DNA of 35,477 bases from a virus. The position numbers and the translations under genes were made by a program. Positions within the stretch are counted from its first letter, which is position 1. Each line of letters begins with the position of its first letter. Below the pieces are notes generated by a model. That model was not told where the DNA came from and did not search any database. It saw only the letters and a list, made by a program, of their open reading frames with translations. This document shows, piece by piece, positions 1 to 6,281 of this stretch. The stretch lies in IMG/VR virus record IMGVR_UViG_3300030399_000053. One strand, written 5' to 3'.

Positions 1-127
1 CTTATGAAAAGTCGGTTTATCGCAATGACTTTGCACAGCAGACTAGAAAACCTGATAAACGTAGCACGCCGTGTCTTAAAATGACAATGAACCGGTCAAA
101 CTCAAGTACTTTTAGGAAGTAATATGA
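1..127. repeat. Terminal direct repeat copy A (identical to 35351..35477). The window is one complete circularly closing genome unit of 35350 bp.
   Basis: 1..127 matches 35351..35477 base for base. ORF 35284..35472 crosses the junction and its 3' end recurs at 1..122. Confidence 0.97.
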
Positions 128-312
128 TGAATGATTGGATTGATGTTAAAGATAGATTGCCAGCTGATGGCGATGAAGTTATAGCTTTTAATGGCAATAA
201 TGTAGGGGCATTGACTTATTTTAAGAGAGAGAATCTCTGGTGTGATTACCACAGCTATTATTGGCCAAAAGTAATATATTGGATGCCTTTGCCTCCGCTA
301 CCAAAGGAGTAA
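124..312 (+). CDS. DUF551-like small phage protein
   Basis: AGGAAG RBS upstream of the ATG. WIDVKDRLP near the N-terminus and YWMPLPPLP at the C-terminus match the DUF551 pattern as I recall it. Confidence 0.7.
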   Translation: MMNDWIDVKDRLPADGDEVIAFNGNNVGALTYFKRENLWCDYHSYYWPKVIYWMPLPPLPKE

Positions 313-318
313 TATAAT

Positions 319-513
319 ATGCAATGCAGACAATGCAATTATCCCGAAAGCCATGTAGTCATGACTACAAAAGATGATAGACGCAATCAGTTATTGCGTA
401 GGCGTGAGTGCATTAAATGCGGTGTACGTTTTACTACTCAAGAAGATTTAAGACTAAGTGGTAGTGGTCAAGACTATAAAACTATACCTCCCAAATCGGT
501 ATTAGACAAATGA
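319..513 (+). CDS. NrdR-type zinc-ribbon protein lacking the ATP-cone. Candidate DNA-binding regulator or packaging specificity factor.
   Basis: AAGGAG RBS. C3-x2-C6 ... RRRxC31-x2-C34-x2-RFTTxE has the same spacing and residues as the N-terminal zinc ribbon of NrdR. The stop overlaps the terL start (ATGA at 510..513). Confidence 0.7.
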   Translation: MQCRQCNYPESHVVMTTKDDRRNQLLRRRECIKCGVRFTTQEDLRLSGSGQDYKTIPPKSVLDK

Positions 514-2063
514 GCCTCTCAGATTTCAAGAAAAGAACTGCAATGCTAGAAGAGTCTAAAAACAAATCAACTGAAATACAATTAACAATAAAAGATAATA
601 GCATGATAATTCATGCAGGTGGCGGGGATAAAATATATGTACCGACAGCAACAGGTAATGTGGCTCATAATAATGATTTTTTTGTGCGTGTTATTATGGG
701 ACCTTACGGCAGTGGTAAAAGCACATGGGCAGCTACTGAAATCGTTAAACGAGCTTGTGAAGTCCCTAGATGGTATTCTGGACGCAGAAAAAGCCGCTGG
801 GGAATCGTACGCAATACAAGCGGCGAATTACAAAGTACAACGCTAGCAACATGGCTGGCATGGTTTGATGACTTGGGCGATGTAAGAAAAAGACAAAAGC
901 CTATCCTGACTTATGAGCATTGTTTTAATGATGGCAATGGCGTAGTTGAATTAGAGCTTTTATTCATTGCATTAGATAGACCAGAGGATGTGCGTAAGAT
1001 TAAATCGCTAGAACTGACGGGATGTTATATTAATGAATTGTCAGAGGTTCCCAAAGCTGCGTTAGCTCACATGAAAGGTCGTGTTAATCGCTATCCATCC
1101 AAAGCTTTTTGTTCACAACCGTATTGGTCTGGAATTATTGCAGATAGTAATCCTTGCGAAGATGACCACTGGATATACAAAGACTTTGAAGAAAAACATA
1201 CAGAACATCATGTTCTCTTTAAACAACCGCCTGGGTTGCTCAAAGACGAAAATGGTAAATGGGTACGCAATCCGAACGCAGATAATGCCAATCATTTACC
1301 AGATAATTATTATGAAATGTTGGCAGCTGGTCAGTCTGAGGATTTTATTAAAGTATTCTGTTTAGGAGAATGGGGAACGGTTGGATTTGGCAAGCGTGTC
1401 TATCCTGAATTTAATCCTGACCTTCATGCTGTACAGGCATTAGAAGCAATCCAAGGTGAAAAATTAATAGCGTCCTGGGATTTTGGTTTAACCCCAGCAT
1501 GTGTTATATCACAATTATCGGCGCGTGGTCAGCTGATGGTATTAAAAGAATATGTGGGTGACGGAATGGGCATTAGAACATTTGCTGAATCTATCGTTAT
1601 ACCTGGATTATTAAGAGATTTTCCATATTGTAAGGTAGGAATATCTGTAGCAGATCCAGCTGGAAATGCGCGCAATGAAATTGTAGAAGAAATGTCCTGC
1701 ATTGGGGAATTATCATCATTAGGTATACCAACAACAAGTGCTAGAACAAATGATATTGACCCTAGATTAGGTTCAGTCAGATATTTTTTAAATAAGATGA
1801 TTGATGGTAAACCAGCATTTATATTAGATAGAAAAAATTGCCCTACCTTATTTAAAGGATTTGTTAAAGATTATGTATATGCTAGGCTAGCTGTGAGTGG
1901 AGAAGAGCGCTTTAAGGATAAACCAAATAAAAATATGGCTTCTCATCCTATGGATGCGTTAGGTTATGCTTGCCTCGAAGTAGCAAGTGATAGGATAATG
2001 GCTGATAAAATGGTTGGTAAGGAATCAGAAAATATGTTCAATCCGGTCTTTCGATGGCAGTGA
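510..2063 (+). CDS. terL: Terminase large subunit
   Basis: 517 aa. Walker A GPYGSGKST. The C-terminal RNaseH-like nuclease motifs are SWDFG, VADPAG and HPMDALGYA. The gene sits upstream of the portal. Confidence 0.9.
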   Translation: MSLSDFKKRTAMLEESKNKSTEIQLTIKDNSMIIHAGGGDKIYVPTATGNVAHNNDFFVRVIMGPYGSGKSTWAATEIVKRACEVPRWYSGRRKSRWGIVRNTSGELQSTTLATWLAWFDDLGDVRKRQKPILTYEHCFNDGNGVVELELLFIALDRPEDVRKIKSLELTGCYINELSEVPKAALAHMKGRVNRYPSKAFCSQPYWSGIIADSNPCEDDHWIYKDFEEKHTEHHVLFKQPPGLLKDENGKWVRNPNADNANHLPDNYYEMLAAGQSEDFIKVFCLGEWGTVGFGKRVYPEFNPDLHAVQALEAIQGEKLIASWDFGLTPACVISQLSARGQLMVLKEYVGDGMGIRTFAESIVIPGLLRDFPYCKVGISVADPAGNARNEIVEEMSCIGELSSLGIPTTSARTNDIDPRLGSVRYFLNKMIDGKPAFILDRKNCPTLFKGFVKDYVYARLAVSGEERFKDKPNKNMASHPMDALGYACLEVASDRIMADKMVGKESENMFNPVFRWQ

Positions 2064-2074
2064 GATAACTAATA

Positions 2075-2677
2075 ATGAAATGTTCAATAGATATATGTGA
2101 TAGAGAAGCTAAAAAGAGAAATCTTTGCCTTGCGCATTATGAAAGATTCATAAGGAATGGAGAAGATTTTGATAGGTCGCCAATTGTAGATGTTAAATGC
2201 ATGAAATCAAAGTTTACATCCAAAATTGGGATGCCAAACGATAATGGTTGCATGGAATGGCTGGGATGGAAAAACAAACATGGTTATGGGAAGTTCAGTG
2301 TAGGTTCTAAATACGCATTTGCACATAGATATTCGTATGAATTTCATATTGGTGCGATACCAGTTGGATTGTTTGTTTGTCATTCGTGCGATAATCGTGG
2401 GTGTGTAGCACCGCAGCACTTATGGTTAGGAACTAACATAGAAAATCAACAAGATATGCGGAATAAAGGAAGACAAAATCATCATAGAGGGCCATTACCC
2501 AACATCCAGGGATTAAAGCATATCAATGCCAAACTAACTGAAGACAAAGTTAAAGATATAAAAATTAAACTACTCAAAGGCATTAAAGGGACAATAATCG
2601 CAAGAAAGTATAATGTATCTGATCAGACCATATATGACATAAAAAATGGCAAAAATTGGAAGCATGTCAATATTTAG
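2075..2677 (+). CDS. HNH (HNH_3 type) homing-like endonuclease with C-terminal HTH
   Basis: N-terminal Cys cluster CSIDICD..CLAHY. HNH core CHSCDNRGCVAPQHLWLGTNIENQQD. C-terminal IARKYNVSDQTIYDIKNGKNWKHV is typical of phage HNH_3 enzymes. Confidence 0.85.
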   Translation: MKCSIDICDREAKKRNLCLAHYERFIRNGEDFDRSPIVDVKCMKSKFTSKIGMPNDNGCMEWLGWKNKHGYGKFSVGSKYAFAHRYSYEFHIGAIPVGLFVCHSCDNRGCVAPQHLWLGTNIENQQDMRNKGRQNHHRGPLPNIQGLKHINAKLTEDKVKDIKIKLLKGIKGTIIARKYNVSDQTIYDIKNGKNWKHVNI

Positions 2678-2841
2678 ATGGCAATAAAATAACTATGTTT
2701 ACAATTTATAAAAAACAAAGCCCCAATAAAATTAGAGATATAAATATTGCTATTGAGTATCATAATACTGGCCAAAGTCTACGTACGATAGGGGATAAAT
2801 ATGGTATGTCCAGTTCTAGAGTTTATCATAATACGTCGTAA
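2656..2841 (+). CDS. Second HTH (NUMOD1 / sigma-70 region 4-like) module. Probably a -1 frame extension of the HNH gene rather than an independent gene.
   Basis: It has only a TTG start and no RBS. GQSLRTIGDKYGMSSSRVY is HTH-like. The frame opens at 2638, immediately before the slippery A AAA AAT at 2641..2647 in the HNH frame. Confidence 0.4.
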   Translation: MEACQYLDGNKITMFTIYKKQSPNKIRDINIAIEYHNTGQSLRTIGDKYGMSSSRVYHNTS

Positions 2842-3047
2842 AACCTCGTGCTTTAGGTCGAGGATATAAGACGCGAGTAAAAAAGTTTGCAAAGTAAATA
2901 ATCTTTGCTATGCTGGTTCTTGTCGCCGATAACCAAGACGATCTACCGCCGGGCAGGCGGGATGTAATGCTTGTGGAGTGGAATGCATAAGCACCACTGT
3001 GAAGCAAGAACCGGAATCACCTTCCTTTAGGTCGGTGAGGATGTCAA
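2834..3047 (+). ncRNA. Copy 1 of a 214-nt duplicated structured element (candidate ncRNA, class unknown)
   Basis: 212/214 identical to 26703..26916. It contains multiple nested helices, including the long-range helix 2913-2922/3005-3014. There is no conserved credible ORF. The strand call rests on G-U wobbles. Confidence 0.55.
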
Positions 3048-3110
3048 CGATTTAAAATGCTAAACTTAGCGTAAACATTAACTTATTAACACCGTAAAGG
3101 AGTGATTCAA

Positions 3111-3371
3111 ATGACTACCCAAGCAGCAGTCGATCTGATATTAAATTTTGCAGGCCAGAACAATGAAGTTGTGCCAAGATTAGGTAGATTATATGCCCCT
3201 AATAATACATTGTCTCAAGTCTCAACAGCTGGGTTCCTAGATGCTTATTTAAAAGCCAATAGCAACCCACTTTTAGCTACCGATTTGGTTGCAGCTGTTG
3301 CAAGCAATGGCACGCAATGGTATAAATGTGTATTTACTGCAGGATCTTGTCAGTTAACTGTTTTACCATAA
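3111..3371 (+). CDS. Hypothetical protein
   Basis: AAGGAG at 3097..3102, 8 nt upstream of ATG 3111. The ORF-track GTG start at 3102 lies inside that RBS. Confidence 0.6.
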   Translation: MTTQAAVDLILNFAGQNNEVVPRLGRLYAPNNTLSQVSTAGFLDAYLKANSNPLLATDLVAAVASNGTQWYKCVFTAGSCQLTVLP

Positions 3372-3391
3372 ACCAAAGAGGAGTAGTAGTA

Positions 3392-3613
3392 ATGAACTTA
3401 AGTCAAGCCCTAGAAGAGTTACAAGCCGGTAAATGTATGTCTCGTGAAGCGTGGTTATATGACGATGGGTATTTAAAGATTTTACCGGGCATGAGCGATG
3501 TCTGGAAAATTATGTTAAAACCTAATGCAGGCAATTACATCTTTACTATAGCCGATTTACAAGCAACGGACTGGAAAGAGTTTGAGTTAGCAGAGGTCCA
3601 CACTAACGATTAG
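3392..3613 (+). CDS. DUF2829-family protein (family of the Thoeris anti-defence sponge Tad2)
   Basis: AAGAGGAG RBS upstream of ATG 3392. N-terminal MNLSQALEELQAGKCMSREAW and C-terminal ADLQATDWKEF fit the DUF2829 pattern (FxxAlxalkxGkkvxRxxW ... dllAxDW). Confidence 0.6.
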   Translation: MNLSQALEELQAGKCMSREAWLYDDGYLKILPGMSDVWKIMLKPNAGNYIFTIADLQATDWKEFELAEVHTND

Positions 3614-3642
3614 TGTAATCATCTAAATAATAAGGTTATAGT

Positions 3643-5865
3643 ATGGAAACTATTAGCGATCAAATGCCGGTTGATGAAATTGAAGCAATCAACGAGAAGT
3701 TATTTGAGAGACTTTCAGATGCTGGAATTGATGAAGCTGAAGTTTTAAGAAAATGCCGTGAGGATTTGGTGCTTTGGGACGGCTATTTTGATGAGAATGT
3801 GGTACGTGGACGCGATGACATGAACTTTCTTTTACGCGACCAGTGGTCAGCTGTAGAACGTTCCGAATTCTCCCGACTATTTAAGCCTGCTATGACATTT
3901 AATAAGCTCTATGATGTTACTAAAAAGATAGCTGGAGAGCAGAGAAAGAACAAACCAGACCTAATGGTTCGTTCGCTAACTGGTAAATCTAAGCAGCAGC
4001 AGATTGATATGAGAGCTGATTTAGTACGTACTATTGCCTATCGTAATCAGAATGACTTAGTGTATCAAACAGCATTTAAATCAGCTCTGACGATGGGTTT
4101 TGGGGCTTTTGAGATATGTCTTGATTACGAAAGCCCCACTTCATTTAAACAAATGGTAAAATATGAGCTAATCCCTGATGCTGCACGTACGAGTTTCGAC
4201 CCATGCGCCATGAAGCCACATAAAGGAGACGGTAACTTCTGTTCACGCCAGTATCTATATACCAAACAGGAATTCTACGCTACATATCCGCATGTGATGA
4301 ATCCTGTGTCATATTCTGATCCACGCTCTCTCTTAGACTTCCAGTGGGAAACTAGAGATACTATTGTTGTTTGTAAATATACACGTAAAGAATGGTTCCC
4401 CGTGAAACTATTTTTGTTATCTGACGGTCAAAGCGTAACAGAAGATGAATGGGAAGAAATGCAAATTAATCTTAAATTTAAAGAAAAATTGGCTGATTCC
4501 TCTGAGGTAGTAGGAGATATAATCCGAAAAGGTATTCCGCGCATAATCGGTGAGCGCATGAGTAAAGATTATTTTATTCGCCAATATGTATTAACTCAGA
4601 ACCAGGTAATAGAGTTTACAGACTGGCCGAGTAGACATCTACCGATAATATTTGTTGATGGCGATAGCAATTATATTAATGGCAAGCAATACACACGTTC
4701 ATTTATTCATGAAGCGCGAGATTCCCAAAGATTTGTCAACTATGTAGGGTCTGAAATTGCCGCAGAAATTAAGAATCGCAGACGTGAGCAATGGCTTGGT
4801 ACACCTGATAACATTCTTGGAAACGAACAACTCTGGCGTAATCCTGAATTGCAATCAGGTATATTAATAGCTAAACCAGACCCTAAAACAGGAATGATGC
4901 CGACTAAGCAGCCACCGTGGGAGCTCTCACAGACCTTATTGCAACAGTTCCAGCGTGGTTGCCAGGACATGCGCGAAATTCTAGGATTTTCAGAGAATGA
5001 GCAGCTACAAGGTCACGATATGTCGGGGAAAGCTCGGCGAGAACGTAAACTCGAAGGCTCGATGTCTGCTTACGTATGGTTTGATAACTTAAACCAGGCT
5101 GTTGAGCAGGGTGGAAGGGTAGTACTAGACTTATTACCAGTGATAATTGGTGACTTCGAACGGTCAATGGTTGTATCTAAAGCGGATGGACGCACCGAAT
5201 CATTAACTTTAAATAAACAAGTTGGTGAATCAGATGATGGCGAACCGATGCGGGAGAATGTGCTAGATAGTGGCGATTATGATATTGAGATTGATGTTGG
5301 TCCGAGCTTCGCTGTGCAACGTGATATTGCGTTAGAGTACTTTCAAAATACTACTGCACAGAATCCACAGGTATTTAACCTCATTGCCGATCTATGGGCT
5401 GATAACTTAGATATACAACAACGTGATCAGGTGAAGGAAAGATTAAAAACTTTAGTTCCCCCAGAAATAATAGCGCAATCTGAAGGGAAACCCCCCCCAC
5501 CTAAACAACCTAATCCACAAGAAGTTGCTATGCAACAGCAAATGCAAATGATGCAAGAAGAAATGAAGAACAAGCAGGCTGAGGTTCAAATTAAGATGCA
5601 AAAATTGCAACTTGAACAAGAAGAACTTCAATTGAAGAAAGCCGAAATGTTATTAAAAGCTCAAAAGGTACAACTTGATAGCCAATTAGATATCTATAAT
5701 CATCAAGCTAATCTAGAGAAGACTAGATTAGCTCATGGATTAGATAAAGAAAAAGCAGAATCTAAATTTTCAGGCGATTTAGCAAAAGTATTAGCTGATT
5801 TGCATAAACAAGAACGACAACACGATCATGAGAAGCATTTAGAAAAAAATAATTCTACTGATTAA
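3643..5865 (+). CDS. Portal protein with long C-terminal coiled-coil (P22-barrel-like) tail
   Basis: 740 aa. It is the first large gene after terL. The C-terminal ~150 aa are Q/E/K-rich heptad-like (QQQMQMMQEEMKNKQAEVQIKMQKLQLEQEELQLKK). Confidence 0.75.
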   Translation: METISDQMPVDEIEAINEKLFERLSDAGIDEAEVLRKCREDLVLWDGYFDENVVRGRDDMNFLLRDQWSAVERSEFSRLFKPAMTFNKLYDVTKKIAGEQRKNKPDLMVRSLTGKSKQQQIDMRADLVRTIAYRNQNDLVYQTAFKSALTMGFGAFEICLDYESPTSFKQMVKYELIPDAARTSFDPCAMKPHKGDGNFCSRQYLYTKQEFYATYPHVMNPVSYSDPRSLLDFQWETRDTIVVCKYTRKEWFPVKLFLLSDGQSVTEDEWEEMQINLKFKEKLADSSEVVGDIIRKGIPRIIGERMSKDYFIRQYVLTQNQVIEFTDWPSRHLPIIFVDGDSNYINGKQYTRSFIHEARDSQRFVNYVGSEIAAEIKNRRREQWLGTPDNILGNEQLWRNPELQSGILIAKPDPKTGMMPTKQPPWELSQTLLQQFQRGCQDMREILGFSENEQLQGHDMSGKARRERKLEGSMSAYVWFDNLNQAVEQGGRVVLDLLPVIIGDFERSMVVSKADGRTESLTLNKQVGESDDGEPMRENVLDSGDYDIEIDVGPSFAVQRDIALEYFQNTTAQNPQVFNLIADLWADNLDIQQRDQVKERLKTLVPPEIIAQSEGKPPPPKQPNPQEVAMQQQMQMMQEEMKNKQAEVQIKMQKLQLEQEELQLKKAEMLLKAQKVQLDSQLDIYNHQANLEKTRLAHGLDKEKAESKFSGDLAKVLADLHKQERQHDHEKHLEKNNSTD

Positions 5866-5916
5866 ATTTTAAATATGCGTAAGCTGATTCTAATATTTCA
5901 AAGGAATAAATAAATA

Positions 5917-6138
5917 ATGGAATTCAAAGCTGGCGACATAGTATATTGGTTTGCCTTTGACGAGGACAGGATTGTCGGGGTAAATGAAGATGTGATTATT
6001 GCTTTTATCAATAAAAAAGCATTAATGATGAAAGCCGATCATCTTGTGCCATTATCTCTTTTATTTAAAAGCGAAATAGTTTGCGAAGATGCAAATACTA
6101 GAAGCTTCTCAATTTTAAATACACGCCCTCACTTATAA
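5917..6138 (+). CDS. Small protein, FKxGD paralogue family member A
   Basis: AAAGGAA RBS. The N-terminus MEFKAGDIVYWF is shared with ORFs 26546 and 26962. Confidence 0.55.
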   Translation: MEFKAGDIVYWFAFDEDRIVGVNEDVIIAFINKKALMMKADHLVPLSLLFKSEIVCEDANTRSFSILNTRPHL

Positions 6139-6281
6139 ATATTCTAATCAAGTCATACCAATAAGGTGTAATTCCATATAATATATGCCATAATGGTATT
6201 AACAAGAATTCTTTCTTAGGGTTTCAAGTCAACCGTATGACTTAGGGCATATTAAGTGTCAGATGTGGAGCATAGATTTTT

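Noticed and set aside
613-1365. ORFs nested inside terL (613..846, 1081..1365, 1113..1295), and similar nested ORFs in the HNH, portal, coat and other genes
   Set aside because: They are off-frame overlaps with genes that carry clear functional motifs, and they have no independent translation signals.
2941-2969. CRISPR-repeat-like hairpin (CTA CCGCC GGGCA GGCGG GATGTAATG) as a solitary repeat or RNA anti-CRISPR
   Set aside because: It resembles type I-E/I-F repeats in architecture only. There is a single unit per element, with no spacer array and no cas genes, and the host repeat is unknown. This cannot be supported from this window.
2816-3007. Minus-strand ORFs of 63 and 70 codons inside both copies of the 214-bp element (also 26663..26875), preceded by an AAGGAAGGTGA SD-like sequence
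   Set aside because: The ORFs start at TTG and encode low-complexity S/T/R-rich sequence. Both inter-copy substitutions are non-synonymous. The C-termini run out of the conserved region into unrelated flanks. The SD-like sequence is better explained as one strand of the UCACC/GGUGA hairpin. I keep this only as an alternative to be excluded by homologue analysis.
2834-3047. Group I intron or small self-cleaving ribozyme (hammerhead and similar) as the identity of the duplicated element
   Set aside because: No host gene is split by either copy, and the flanking ORFs are complete or paralogous rather than exon halves. I could not find the group I P/Q/R/S core sequences, or CUGANGA plus GAAA hammerhead cores, on either strand. 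Other ribozyme classes cannot be excluded by eye.
2834-3047. Diversity-generating retroelement template/variable repeat pair
   Set aside because: There is no reverse transcriptase anywhere in the genome. There are only two differences between the copies and they are not adenine-specific. Neither copy lies in the C-terminus of a receptor-binding gene.
3042-3047. Consensus TTGACA on the minus strand at the 3' edge of the element, as a leftward promoter
   Set aside because: No acceptable -10 hexamer lies 16 to 18 nt downstream (GAAGGT, GGAAGG, AAGGTG).
5491-5498. C8 homopolymer in the portal gene as a phase-variation switch
   Set aside because: It encodes an in-frame PPPP linker just before the C-terminal coiled coil. 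A frameshift would truncate an essential protein. There is no evidence of alternative frames.
6150-6243. tRNA gene in the portal-scaffold spacer (9-bp acceptor-like stem, UUCAAGU T-loop-like motif)
   Set aside because: There are 76 nt between the acceptor strands, which is too long. The T-stem lacks the conserved G53-C61 pair, there is no U8, and no D-arm with GG is recognisable.
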